This document shows, piece after piece, positions 25,201 through 38,519 of a DNA stretch of 64,000 nt. Numbering within the stretch: position 1 is the first letter of the stretch; each line of letters begins with the position of its first letter. The stretch covers positions 92,452,965 to 92,516,964 of the forward strand of contig JARDVH010000084.1 of assembly GCA_030324005.1 (NCBI GenBank), in the 5' to 3' direction. The DNA is from Negaprion brevirostris. Lineage: Eukaryota. The position numbers and the translations under genes were made by a program. A model generated the notes under the pieces. It did no database searches, was not told the origin of the DNA, and saw only the letters and a list, made by a program, of their open reading frames with translations.

Positions 25201-27949
25201 TTGGGAATTCTACACGGAAAGTTTGCTTTCTTTTTTTTTAATTCTTAGTGAAGGCAATACTGACGCCCAGAAAAGTCATTGCAGCCGACTAAATGCTGTT
25301 CGAAAGGGAAATACACCGATTGGTGGATAGCCTAAATTTTGGCTTTAATCCTTGATTGAAAACCAAAACGGGACCCAAGTCTCTTGATGCCTAATCAATT
25401 TGCGTTCATTAATAGTGATGCATGCCGGAGAGTCAGGTGTTTTGTCTGCTCAATTCAGCTCTTTGATCTGTGACTGAATTTCAGACACACAGATGCAATC
25501 TCAATATTTCAAATTATCCTTTGTAACGTAAAGCCGTTTAGCGGTGTCACATTTAAAATATATACGCATATTATAGTGAAATTGAACCTGGCAAGATAAA
25601 TTCACAAAACTGACGAAATGTAGCAGTGAATAGGCTGTGGTATTTCTTTTGCTTGCACTGAAGCTTTCAAGCACTGAATGGCAAATGAAAAAAAAATGTG
25701 TATGATATGTCTTCGGGATAAATGGAGGGATCAAGTGAACTCGCAGAAGATAAACAGATGCAGAGAAAACGCCTGAAAGATCTTTAGATTCTCCCCACTC
25801 ATTAATTCAGAAGTGGAATAAATCAACACCATGTTCCAACGATATTAGTTTAGGCTTCACATATTTCTAAAAACGGAATCATATAACAATTTCCATCATC
25901 GATCATTCCTACAAGAAATGAATAAATTCACTCGGCACCCACACGGAGAACTACAATGGACCTTGGAGTCATATTCGTTGCTTCCCAAGTTGCACGGCGT
26001 TCAATCTGATAGTTACTTCCCTTAGGCATTTCATGTCACACTGACACTATATCATCCGCCTTGAGGCACGTTCCTGCCGAAATAAAACTGTGCAAGTCGG
26101 GATAGTTTCGAAACTGCACTCTGATGAGAGAGTTTGGAAACTTCACTGGTATTAGTATGATCATAGTTAACAGTTCTTCGATGCAATTCCCTCCTCACCC
26201 CACAAACACTTACATGTGTAAATATGTCATTATTTAAGAGTACTCATCCCTCGCCCGAGCCTTTGTGTAAAATGTTTTCTTCCCCCTTTCTCTTTACCTA
26301 TACTCAGCTGCAGAGAATGCACGAAAGTGAGATTGACAGCAAAGGGGCAATAGTGATGTTAACATATAAATAAATGTTGACGCAATCGCGGACATGAACT
26401 CATAAATTGAAGTGAAATTGAAACCTCTGAAGACATCAATAAGTTTGGCAGAATCTGTGGAGAGGAAAAAGAGTGGTAATTTATAATTTGTCATCAGAGC
26501 TCAGGCGCTCTCCGTAACTATATTTTCGCGAAATTTCTGAAAGGGAGATCTGCACTTGATGTGTCAAATTGCATGATGAAGACGGCATCTCGGTGAGGTC
26601 AAAGTGTTTTTTTTATGGTGCAACAGTGTATTGGCAGAGTGAACTATGATGGCAGCTTTGATGAAAGTGCGCGGATTGTGTATCATNNNNNNNNNNTTTG
26701 AATTCATTGGAGAATGATCAGTCATGCAACGAAATATAACTCGATGTCAATTCAGAATTGCATTGAGGGACATCGTACCCATTTAACAAATGGACTTATC
26801 AGACTTTTGAAACAATATTATAAATGGCGGTAGCAGCACTATGAATGAAAACATGTAACAAATCTGCGATGTAGCAACTGATGGAATGGTTTTCTGACAG
26901 TATCTGCATGATGTAGTAGATACTAAGAAATAAAACATCAATGCTAAGCACGTTTTTGTGCAATATTCTGAGGATCATAACCAACTCTGAATTGTGAAGA
27001 AAGGCTTTTCTATGTAACAATCTATCATTTCATGACAGTGCCCCAATTTTCTCGCAGTGCTTTAGAACGCCATAATAAACGACACTGCGAAATGATTCTA
27101 GAATTGCTGAGGACGCATGTCAAAAGAACAATGCATCGATCTGGATCGCAAACATGCATTGATGTTTCTATCTTCCAGCTACTTCTTTTCAGCATAGTAA
27201 TTAATTCAATAGTTTGTCGTTGGCTAATAACAAATCATTCCAAATTGCTGCAGCCGAAGCAAAGTGGAATTACTCAGAATTCCTCAAAATGCGACCTGAA
27301 ACTCTCGGAGCGCTTCCATATTTTCCCCAAGTTTGCACCTGATGGGAGGTCAGGCATTGAAAGACAGAAGGAGCGTATCTTGCAATGTGCAATCACTTTT
27401 ATAGAAAATGTTTAACCACCCTCGTGTCGAATAAACACCGGAGGGATTGGACTAAGGAAGTCTTCAGAGCATATATGCTGAACTCGTTAAAAAATGACAA
27501 AACTTGTTTTAAAATAATCTGGAATCTTCATTATGTTATGTCCTTCCTATGCATATTATTGTCAATATTTATGCATGGCGGTCAGTATCAGGTGCAATGT
27601 ACACTGGACGATTTCTGGTGCGCGCTCAACTGCAACTGTCGTTTCATTTTTTTCTATGGATTTATATATACCAATCAACCAACGGCAGGCATGAAAAAAA
27701 AACTCTGCAAACAGAGCACACCGATTAATGTCAGAAATCCAACCCAACTTCACATGAACAATAGTATGTATAATTCATTACCAGAATGTGTGTTTCGCCA
27801 GCTGAAGTGATAGTGGGCTAAAATCCTTCACCACTTGAACCACTGTTGTGTCAGCGAAGGAGTTCACAACATTGACACAGTGACAGTGCATAAAGTGCAA
27901 AATAGTTCCAAGCGAGGAGGGTCAGTGAGTTGGAAGAAACCTTTCAGTT

Positions 27950-28870
27950 GGCTGTGTCCCTAAGAGGCTGCTGAACACGTCGGTCTACCACTAATTGTCT
28001 TCAGATTGGAAGGTGCTGTACAAGGAAATTTGAGAGGTCGTTCAATGTATCACGTAGATGATACACATTGACTACAGAGATTGTTGTTCTTTAGGAAGTC
28101 ACTGTTCCTGAAATATTTGCCAATCCATTGGGATGTTTTGCCATGAATGCTACGGATTCTCATCAGTGTTGTTGGAGATTCACCCATCCATGTAACTGAA
28201 TGATCCCATATCATAGGCGCGGCATGTCCTTTGTAGAGATTGCATGGCATTTGGAGAGTCGGTGCCTGAATAACCACAGCACGATTTCTAGCCTCTGGAT
28301 TATTCTTTAAGAGACAGTAATCATGCAGCTACTCATTGGTAATTTTGATCAATATTGACCCTCGAAAGCTGTAAGCAAAATGGGGTGTAACTATGGTAGT
28401 GCATTACAATTTCAAAAGCTCAGGGATGGAGCCTTTTGTTTGAAGTGGTTCATGCCTTGCGCTTGTCTGCTGTGAATATGTTTGTCACTGGTCTATCGAA
28501 TACTGGTCGATCGAGTATTGTGTTCTTCCTGCATTTACATTTGGACAGTTTCAGTACCCGAGGAGTCACAAATGGTGCTGATAAATGTGCAAATATCACT
28601 TCTGCTCCAACGAAGTGGTGAAATTAATTGCTGAAATAGCCAATTTTTTTTATGTCTGACATATAATCCTAGGGATATCCTGCATTACTGTCCTAGAATT
28701 GAAATAATTAGATTTTAGTCAACACACAATTGTTGTTAGGTGTGTGTTCAATCAAGACATGTTTTCCCATTTATTGTTATTGAATCATGTCGTTCTGGCG
28801 CTCTCTGGTACGACGTTGATCCAATTGATGTCCTAATGATGACGACTGTCATTATCACTTCACTTATGAG
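27950..28870 (-). mobile_element. Decayed CR1/L2-group LINE RT fragment; same family as 63230-63660
   Basis: Antisense signatures AGTGTTGTTGGAG.T.CACCCATCCA, TTTTGATCAATATTGACCC, GAGGAGTCACAAATGGTGCTGA and TCATTATCACTTCACT. A plus-strand homologous piece lies near the window end. Confidence 0.6.
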
Positions 28871-28875
28871 TTGAT

Positions 28876-30900
28876 AATTGGAGAGTGGCAAATGCTGTGC
28901 CTTTGTTTAAAAAAGGGGCTGCAGGGAAAAGCCTGGGACCTATAGGCCAGTGAGCCTCACATCTGCGGTGGATAAATTGTTAGAAGGTATTTTGAGGGAT
29001 GGGATCTACAGGCGTTTACGGTTGCTAGGACTGATTTGGAACATTCAGCATGGCTTTGTGAGTGGAAAATCATGTCTCACAAATTTGACTGAGTTTTTTG
29101 AAAGGGTAACCAAGAAGGTCGATGGGGGCAGTGCTGTTGATATAGACTTTGTCAAGGTCTTTGACAAGGTACCGCATAGTAAGTTATTGCATAAGGTCAT
29201 ACCTCACGGGCACCCAGAGTGATGTATCTAAATGGATACAATACTGGCTTCTTGACAGAAGCCAGAGGGTGGTTGTAAAGGTTTTTGTTTTCAAACTGGA
29301 GGCCTGTGACCAGCGGCGTGCGTCAGGGATCAGCGTTGGGTCCACTGTTATTCGTCATTTATATTAACGATTTGGATGAAAAAATAGAAGACACGTTTAG
29401 TAAATTTGCAGAGAAAAACAAAATTGATAGTATAGTGGACAGTGAAGAAAGTTATCTCCAATTACAACGGAACATTGATCGATTGGGCCAGTGGACTGAC
29501 AAATGTCAGATGGAGTTTAATATAGATAACTGCGAAGTGATGCATTTTGGTAGATTGAAAAAAAGGCAGGTTTTCCTCTGTTAATGGTAGGCAGTTGGGG
29601 AGAGTTACCGAAAATAAAAGAGATCTAGGCGTGCATGTAAGTAGCTTCTTAAAAGTGGAGTCACGGGTGGACAGAGTGGTGAAGAAGAAATTCGGCATGC
29701 TTCGTTTCATCGGTCAGAACATTGAATTCAGGAGTTGGGAAGTCTTGATGAAGTTGTGCAAAACATTGATATGACCACATCTGGAATACTGTGTGCAATT
29801 CTGGGCATCCTATTAAGTTCACCCTTTTAAGTTCGTTTTTCGCGAGCCTCTTCCGTCTTTGGTAGAAAGACAAACACCAACCCAAATCAGAATCAAGTTT
29901 TTTTTTAAATGTCTTATATATTTAACTTTACTACTTAACATCCACTCAGTGCTTGAAGTCAGTTAGTAAAAAAAAAAACGCACGATGCAACAAGACTGAC
30001 CCCCTTTGCACAGTATATAATCCCATCAGGTAGCTGTGATTTCAAATAAAATTTAAGCACACATCTGATTCAATCGAACATTTCTAGGCTTAAGCATACA
30101 CCAACCGATTCAATCAAAAACGAGTAATTACAGGAACTGCTGCATGAGAAACAATATCCTAATAAAATACACATTTACTGCTTACAACCCCGCCTATCAG
30201 AACATAAACATAATTTTTTTTCGATACGCACAAAAGAAAACATTATCACGGACTCAGCTAAAATGCATCCCAGCCAGATTCAAAAGCTGGAGCCTTTGGT
30301 TAACCCGTTTTTTCAGTTTGATCCCATAAGTTGATTCTGTACCATTCTTGCAAGCCCAATAGTTCACCTTGCCCTCTAGAAAATATATTATTAATCTAGA
30401 ATGAGTGCAGAAACAATTTACTAGGATGCCACTGGGACTTGATGGATTGAGTTATAAAGAGAGGCTAAATAGGCTGGGTCTTTTTTTTCTCTCTCTGGAG
30501 CGTAGGAGGCTGAGGGACAACCTTACAGAGGTCAATAAAATAATGAGGACCATATATAAGGTAGAGTGGCAATATCTTTTCCCAAAGGTTGGAAAGCTAA
30601 AACTAATGGAAGTAGGTTTAAGGTGAGAGGGGAGAATGCAAAAGTGTCCAGAAGGGCAATTCTTTCACACAGAAGGTGGTGTGAGTGTCTGGAACACGCT
30701 TCCAGAGGTAACAGTGGAGACGGGCACAAAATTATATTTTAAAAAGCATTCAGATAGTTACTTGGGTACGATGGGTATAGAGGGATATGGGCCAAATGCG
30801 GGCAATTTGGATTAGCTTAGTTTTTTTTAAGGACGGCATGGACACGTTGGGCCGAAGGGCCTGTTTCCATGCTGGAAACTCCTATGAATCTATGACTCTA
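28876..30900 (+). mobile_element. CR1 LINE RT domain to 3' tail (5'-truncated, frameshifted), interrupted at 29816-30374
   Basis: WRVANAVPLFKK, YRPVSLTS, IQHGFVSGKSCLTNL, DFVKVFDKVPH, SGVRQGSALGPLLFVIYINDLD, KFAEK (catalytic FADD mutated), L..PHLEYCVQFW and LERRRLRDNL. The 3' UTR reads GGGCCGAAGGGCCTG...CTATGAATCTATGACTCTA. Confidence 0.92.
29816..30374. mobile_element. Unclassified ~560-bp insertion inside the CR1
   Basis: CR1 sequence stops after ...CTGGGCATCCTATTA and resumes at TCTAGAAAATATATTATT..., which would be contiguous in CR1. The insert begins with AGTTCACCCT (29816-29825) and has AGTTCACCTT near its end (30361-30370). Confidence 0.55.
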
Positions 30901-31334
30901 TTCATTTCTGCCCGTTTTCCATGTGTGAACCATGACTGCAACAAAGTTAAGAACAAAATGACTCCGACGGAACAACACTTGCGCACTAAAACTGAATTTG
31001 CGCACTAAAACCACCGAGCTCAAAATGTTATTCTCCTTCAAATAATTGCCAGGTCTTCTCAGGTTGTACATCACGACATTTCTCGACTGTGTACAAGATA
31101 GGCTACAGGCAGGCATTGGTTTGAAAATTGGAACTGTTTTTTTTTCGATTTTCACTTGAAATAAGACAGAATACAGAACTCATGTAATTTCGAAACAATT
31201 CTCTCCTAGATCTGTGCATGTTATAATGGATATCTGAGGTGTGAAACCGAAACTATTTCATAAGAAATTGGATTATTTTAGATTAATGGATTACGAAAAT
31301 GCAGCGAATGACAAAGGAGGGCGCTCATAACGTT

Positions 31335-31400
31335 AAAATGGTGGCACGGGCTCGTTGGGCCGAAGGGCCTGTTTCCCGTGATGTGTTGTTCTTTGTTCTA
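31335..31400 (+). mobile_element. Isolated CR1/SINE 3' tail fragment
   Basis: GGGCTCGTTGGGCCGAAGGGCCTGTTTCCC...TGTTCTTTGTTCTA, the same tail type as 19557-19625. Confidence 0.75.
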
Positions 31401-33269
31401 AGTACCACGAAGTATTGTTAACAGTGCACCGAGGGCACAGATTAATATATAGACGTGTTTCGTCTGATACATTGGAGACAAGGCGTATTCCAAAAGAAGG
31501 CTCCCTGGGAAGCCATCTCAGATGAACCAGTTCAACGTGCTAGTAAATGTATCTGCCACGATACTGACCATAGTTTAATGCGCTTAGAATATGAAGAAAT
31601 GCAGTTATTGGCTGATTGCAACGTGTTTCAAAAATTGCATGATCACCATGCGCGATATGCAGTGAGTTGCATTTCTCTGTCCTCTTTTCAATGTGCGCCC
31701 CCATGACTGAAAATACATTATTTATATCACGCATCATTGCACACTATAACTATTTCTAATCATTATGTAGGGAGAAAGAACATAAAGTAAACAGCAATTT
31801 ATCGAAGCTATGTCTGAAATGACAAATCAAAATCCAATGATCTGATTAACATGTGGTCGGCACCGATGAGCTGAACGTACAATGTGTTAAGAGCATTGAT
31901 CAGCTTCAACAGAAGCTCCATTTTCCAGTCGTATTAGCTAAGGTTGATATTCAAACTCGATGTTGGAGGCATTAAGCATCACAGAACAACACCTATCTGG
32001 TGTTGGAAATTCCAAGTATTTAACACAATTTGAATAAGTAAACTCTGTTTTCGTCTCCTGATGAATGACAGAACAAACTTGCATGTAGGCTGACTCTATA
32101 GTTCTATGCACTCAGATTATGGGATGCAAATCGCACCGTCTTTTCTCTCGAAAACAGATATAACTTTATTTAGGTTTTCATGTGTTCTGTTCATATTCTT
32201 TAGAAATTGTCCTATTTTTGAGACGGCTCTTTCAAATCTGGACATTAAACTATTTAAAGGAGTCAGTGTACTGAAACTGTCTTTCAGATAATGCAGTTCA
32301 ACTGCACACTTTACATAATTAACCAGAAATATGCTCAGTGCTCTAAGGATTGTCTCTTATATGTGTTTTTACCATTGTTCAGAATATCCTATGCTCGCGT
32401 GTCATGCAATGAAGGTGAACATGTTATTTTCTTGCATTAAGTTCCTCTTAACAACATTCAATTAGTGCACAAGTTTATTTCACTCACACTGGAGTGAGAC
32501 TATCCTTCTGTTCATTTTTTTTTCTCATAACAACTCGAAGCATTTCAAAATGTCCACTTTACTTTCAACGTGTCGTATTTTATAGTTAACCGTAAAATGC
32601 CTCTTGTGTATAGTGCATGTTTGAATCATGCTAATAATTTTCAACGCCGAGTCACCGATCAATTTGGAATAAATGCATGCCAATTTCTACACCAGCGCAA
32701 AATACACCATGGAGATATAAAATAAAAGATCACGTAGTGACAGAATAAAATTACTAACTTGCAGTGCCAGTGATATCCTTTATTTCTGGGTAAGTTAAAC
32801 CAAAATTTTAATGAATAAGCATGCCAGTGTGAAACTGAAATTGAAGTAAAGTTTTGGTCGTACTTCATGTTAAAAACAAACTTACCGNNNNNNNNNNNNN
32901 NNNNNNNNNNATCTGCAAAACAGTTAAAGCAAAACAGTGTAATTATTGGTAATCCATACCAATGATCCGAGCAATAACTTACAAGTTTCCAGGCTGCCTT
33001 GAAAAAAGAATGCATACTGTTTCAATTTATGGGATGGGAGTGAGTGAAAAGAACGTGTGGAGATCATTCATAGACTGGCTTTCTGCTAATGTTGACATCA
33101 AAGGCATTGCATGCGTCGTGATTTTTTTTTTCTCTCTCTGCCATTATGCCAACAGGAATTTAACGGATTTCCCGTGACAACCAAACAGCACATTCTACCA
33201 GGAACACGGAGTTTCAATTCTAAGTGGATGCACTCAGAATTCCAATTATTTAAGGGAAAAACATACCTA

Positions 33270-33580
33270 TACGGTCATAGGGTATGGAAAGTGCAGAAGG
33301 AGGCCATTCACTCCATCATGCCTGCCCCAATAACAATCTCACAAGACCCTCACGTAACTTCACATCTTAATTTGGTCGTTCAGCTGACGATAAGTGACAA
33401 TGGGCGGGCAATTAACCAAATCCTCAGATATTTGGAGTGTGGGAGCGAACCTGATCAGTCAGAACTAACCCAGCCAGTCATGAGGAAGCATGCAAACTTC
33501 GCACAGGGAGTGACCAAGACCAGAAATGAACCTGCATCCTTTGTGCAGTAAGACAGAGGTGCTAACCATTGCACCAATTT
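33270..33580 (-). mobile_element. Diverged HE1-like V-SINE
   Basis: CAGAAGGAGGCCATTCA tail, TTTGGAGTGTGGGAG domain, TGCAAACTTCGCACAG and head GAGGTGCTAACCATTGCACCA. Confidence 0.65.
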
Positions 33581-33835
33581 GCAGACATGTGCAACTGCAT
33601 GTAACTGCATCGTTTCACAAAGAAAAATAAAAGTTGACAACGTATTTCCTTCTATCTTTACAGGCTTCATTTTTCACATTAAATATGGATCTTAGTTTTC
33701 ATAATTATCATCCGTATCACGCTCCACGGACTTGCAATCACCTAATGAAAATATTCCACAAATTACAATTTCCAACACTTATCGGTATTCTCATGTCTAC
33801 TCGTAAATTCAACTGTTCACAAGATCACACCTGCT

Positions 33836-34010
33836 GGGGCTGCACGGTGGCACAATGCTTAGCTTTGCTGCCTCACAGCACAAGCGACCCAGGTTCAATT
33901 TCAGGCTTGGGTCACTGTATGTGTGGAGTTTGCACGTTCTCCCAAGCCTGACTGGGTTTCGTCTCTGTGCTCCGATTTTCTCCCTCAGCCTTACAAACGT
34001 GCTGATTCGG
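33836..34010 (+). mobile_element. HE1-like V-SINE 5' part
   Basis: tRNA-derived head GGGCTGCACGGTGGCACAATGCTTAGC...CCAGGTTCAATTTCAG, then TGTGTGGAGTTTGCACGTTCTCCC. Confidence 0.85.
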
Positions 34011-34690
34011 CGCCTTGACCCGAAAATACGCCAGTGTGTAGTGACTAGGGATATTTCATTGCTGTGTTAATGCATTCAGCTTGTGGCTAATGAAATAAGT
34101 TTTAATTTAACTTGCGTTGCTCAATTGTANNNNNNNNNNNNNNNNNNNNNNNNNNNNNNNNNNNNNNNNNNNNNNNNNNNNNNNNNNNNNNNNNNNNNNN
34201 NNNNNNNNNNNNNNNNNNNNNNNNNNNNNNNNNNNNNNNNNNNNNNNNNNNNNNNNNNNNNNNNNNNNNNNNNNNNNNNNNNNNNNNNNNNNNNNNNNNN
34301 NNNNNNNNNNNNNNNNNNNNNNNNNNNNNNNNNNNNNNNNNNNNNNNNNNNNNNNNNNNNNNNNNNNNNNNNNNNNNNNNNNNNNNNNNNNNNNNNNNNN
34401 NNNNNNNNNNNNNNNNNNNNNNNNNNNNNNNNNNNNNNNNNNNNNNNNNNNNNNNNNNNNNNNNNNNNNNNNNNNNNNNNNNNNNNNNNNNNNNNNNNNN
34501 NNNNNNNNNNNNNNNNNNNNNNNNNNNNNNNNNNNNNNNNNNNNNNNNNNNNNNNNNNNNNNNNNNNNNNNNNNNNNNNNNNNNNNNNNNNNNNNNNNNN
34601 NNNNNNNNNNNNNNNNNNNNNNNNNNNNNNNNNNNNNNNNNNNNNNNNNNNNNNNNNNNNNNNNNNNNNNNNNNNNNNNNNNNNNNNNNN

Positions 34691-34762
34691 TTAACTGGTC
34701 GGCGCAACATCGTGGGCCGAAGGGCCTGTTCTGCGCTGTAATGTTCTATGTTCTATGTTCTA
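34691..34762 (+). mobile_element. Young CR1 3' end; body probably in the N gap 34130-34690
   Basis: TGGTCGGCGCAACATCGTGGGCCGAAGGGCCTGTTCTGCGCTGTAATGTTCTATGTTCTATGTTCTA, identical in reverse complement to 9364-9430. Confidence 0.85.
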
Positions 34763-35379
34763 AATACATTACCACATTACCCTTAGAGACATTCCTGCTC
34801 AGGAACTTCTTCACTTTTCACCCATGTCAAGGTAAGTAATTTGGAATCGTTGTATTTCTTAAACATACATCTATTTCAAATAGAGGATATTTTCTGCCGC
34901 CATTTGCCTATGTTAACTCGGCAAGTCAGATAACTTATCTTCCCTGCTAAACACACAAAAATACAGCTGCCCGATATTCTTTTTTTTCAGTGAAAGCTGG
35001 AACATGACCTCAGAAAGCTGTTCCTCAGTTGACTTCCCGAGAACAACGTTAAATTCGTTACATCGTATTCAGTTATAAAAACTGCTCATGTGTCTTTGTC
35101 ACAAGATCTTCGAAAAAGAGGCGCCATGGTGGCATTGCGGTTATGTTTTTGGCCTATTATCTCTAGATATCCAAAGGCGTGGCAACAATTGCTTGCACAG
35201 GGCTGGTGTCACATGATCACCCTATATTTTCCGTTGGGATATTGTGGGGTTGAGTTTTTTTTTTGCGAATAATGGACTCATAGACTATTTTTCCTTTCAA
35301 TTGGGAGATAATTCATAATCCAGAAACACAAATTGACGTGGGAGTAAACATTCAGAATTCTCTAAAGGCAAACTTGCAG

Positions 35380-35985
35380 ATTGACGTTTTTGTTCAGAGG
35401 CTAATTAAATATGATCTTTGAGCTCGAGAGGAATAGAGTACAGAAGCAGAGACGCATTGCTGGGTCTTTTTTTTAAGGCTCTGGTCAAAACATATGCGCA
35501 ATAGCCTTAGCAATTTAGGGCCCCGCATCGAAATAATAATGTGTTGGCTTGGAGATTGCCAGAGCATGTTTATGAGAATATGCAGGCAATGAAAAGCTTG
35601 ACTGATGAAACGCATTTGAGGACACTGTGTCTGTACTCTGTGGAGTTTAGACGGGGTTTTCCATAATATTGAGGGGACGAAGGGAAGTTGTCTCCATTCA
35701 TCGGAGAGATGAGGATTCCAGCACTAGAGGAAATGACCGACACTTTAGAGCTAAGCTGAGGAATAATTTCTTCAGCCACAAGGCGGTTAATCTATAGAAT
35801 TCATTTCTAAAGAAGGCTGCGTAGGTGTAGCCATTTAAGAGATTGACGGCAGAAGAGATAAATTCTGTTTTCATAAGTGGATAAAAGCTTTCGGGGTGAA
35901 AATGTGGCTGAGTAACTTATCCGCCATGGTTAAATGGCGGAACAGACCCGCTGTGCGGAAGGATCTAATTTCGGTTTCTTGCAGG
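35380..35985 (+). mobile_element. Decayed CR1 3' portion
   Basis: GAATAGAGTACAGAAGCAGAGA, CTGTACTCTGTGGAGTTTAGA (LYSLEFR), AATTTCTTCAGCCA.AGG, and a degenerate 3' stem-loop at ~35950. Confidence 0.7.
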
Positions 35986-38519
35986 GATTCTATCACAACG
36001 GACAGCTCAGGAGAGGATATTTTAAAGTCAAAATCTGCGAAGTCTTTCGTACACTTTGGAAGGCTTACCATCTAAAGGTAGGTATTGCATTGGTTTCACG
36101 TGTATATGGCTTGAACTTTTTTTTGTCAACAGAAAACACAGCAATCATTAAATCTCACATCATAAAAAAGAAAACCACTTACAACGCGCATTGCAATGAA
36201 ATTTAGGGAGATAAAATGTGGTCATGGCATTTTTAAACTTAAACTATGTACTTATTTTCGTGCATTGGGTGTGGAATCTTCGGAAAACATTATGGACAAT
36301 ATTTTGTTGAGCCGAAGTGTTTGTTTTTTACATATATACATTTCTCTAGCCTTTTACATAGAACTTCGTAATATGACAAATCAAACTTAATTGCAAATGA
36401 GTTTAAATTCAAGTTTCCCAGTTGCTCCGGAACCCCTGTAAATACTGTTTTGCGCCCATCTTCCCGAATGTATTTTTCTCACGTGATGCTTAAATTACGA
36501 GAGCGTTTTAATTCCAAATTCTATGAAATATGTTGCCCGTTTCGCAAATATTAATCTTGACATTCAACTGAACTAATTTACATGTTACTTCATGTTGTTT
36601 TTACTCATTCTTTCTAACCTTTGGAACATAATTTTTTTGAAGTACTTCCCATTTATTGCTGTTTTTAGTCCTCACGAAGTATGTCACATCCGTTCCTGCA
36701 AGAACTTGATAACTTTGAATCGTCACAACATCAACTTCCTTGTAACACTCCTAACTCAACAAATCTCAATTTAAAACACAGGACTGCGCTAACGCCAGAT
36801 AAGTTTTGGAAGGACGGGTTCGACTGAGAATTGGGGCTAATTTTGGAGAGAGTGACATCATGAGGGCAAGGTTCCCGCAAGGTCCGTAATCCATCACGAA
36901 TCAGAGTGCGTATTCAGCATTCGGTTTACAATTGACCTCCAACTCTCAGAACAAAATATTGTAAATATAAGTGTCAACATTTTGTTCACGGCTAATCAGT
37001 GCAAATTCTAATGGAAAAAAAGATTGTACAGTGGAATGAATGGACCGAGTGTACCAACAAAACAGTTTAAATTTAATCAAAAGCCTGGGAAATGGAAATA
37101 AATTCAATTGCCTGTCTCTCTTCCAGCTGAGGTTGATTCTGTAAAAAAAAAGTTTAATACTGGATCAGAACACTTCCAATATCAGCATCAAACTTTTAAA
37201 TTTAAATAATGGACGGATAACAAATGCGACAGAATCTCATGATCTTGCGACTGTAATGCCAGGATAAAATTCCCTGGCACTCCCTCGGTTAGTTCTTTCA
37301 AGCCCACTCGTGATTTGGACGCCCAGCTTTCTCGTTTCCATGCTTCCTGAATTGTAGTTTCAGATTGCAAAAACAATTCTCTTGCATTTTAAAATCCGAT
37401 GTCCATACTTACGCGCTATTTTTAACGTTGTATTTATGCCCCCTGTCAACAATGTTAATAAAACTCCAACATATGTATTTCTAATACGTCTAATAATAAT
37501 TGGCAATCCTGTTGAAATGCAAAACAGAAAATAGTTCAACAGACGCGCCTGCACCGGCACCCCAACCCAACGCACCACACACATTATACAGACAAACATG
37601 CACACGCGCACACACAAATGAAATGGCCACACATTGCGATCTACTCACNNNNNNNNNNNNNNTGTGCTTAACATATTTAGTTCTAAAAACATAGTTTTGT
37701 GCTGTTATATAAAGCTCTCATGTTCTCTTCTGGAACACAATTCATTTGATTCGCTTATTTTTCTCTCCACTTCGATACAACTATTGATATTGATTTATCA
37801 ATTAATTCACTGCCCTTGGGAAAGATGTATGCGGGAAATTCATGCAGACCCTCCACAAGCAGCAACCTGAGATATACATTATCAGGCAATGTGATGAGTG
37901 TTTGCATGTAAATTCAAATTCTCAAAAAAAAATGTTTTTGTTTAAAAATTCCGCATTCCATTCTTCAGCCGTAGTAGTTTGAAATTGGGGGGAAAGAGGA
38001 AAATTACGCTGCCATGTCGCAAAATGGAACAAACACAATTGTTGTTACCTACTTAGTTACAAAGTGGATATGCTTTCAGTCCTAATGAACAAGTAGGTGA
38101 TATCTGATTGGCCGAGACTCTTTAAGCTGCTGTGAACATATATTTGAGTCATTGATAAATTAGTGTGACTTATTAACCGAATTGAACGTCCATACGTATG
38201 CTTAATTAAGCTTAAAATGTTCTGTGTTGGAGAATAAGAAGATTACTGTGGTTGAGTGTTATTCATAAGAAAAGGTGGTTGAGCAGTCGTTTCGGCTTAT
38301 TATTCTCTGTTCTGATAGAGAAGGCGAGGAATCTGAGCAACAAAGGAATTAGTTAGGGCTCCTTGTACACATATATGTCTATAACTCCTGACTCTGCCTT
38401 GATGTAAGCACTGTCCCTCACTCATGTCCGAGCATGCCTTTAAATTGCAACCACATTCCTGTGACAGCTGTGATCTACCTACCGTTTTATTTTCAATGAG
38501 GCGTTTCATCTCATTTGCC

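Noticed and set aside
26105-26150. CTGATGA...GAAAC hammerhead-ribozyme-like core
   Set aside because: No convincing stem I or stem II pairing around the core boxes.
6779-34839. Long ORFs of 190-316 aa in the ORF track (around 6.8-7.5, 9.35-10.3, 14.8-15.6 and 34.1-34.8 kb)
   Set aside because: They consist almost entirely of X residues translated from N gaps.
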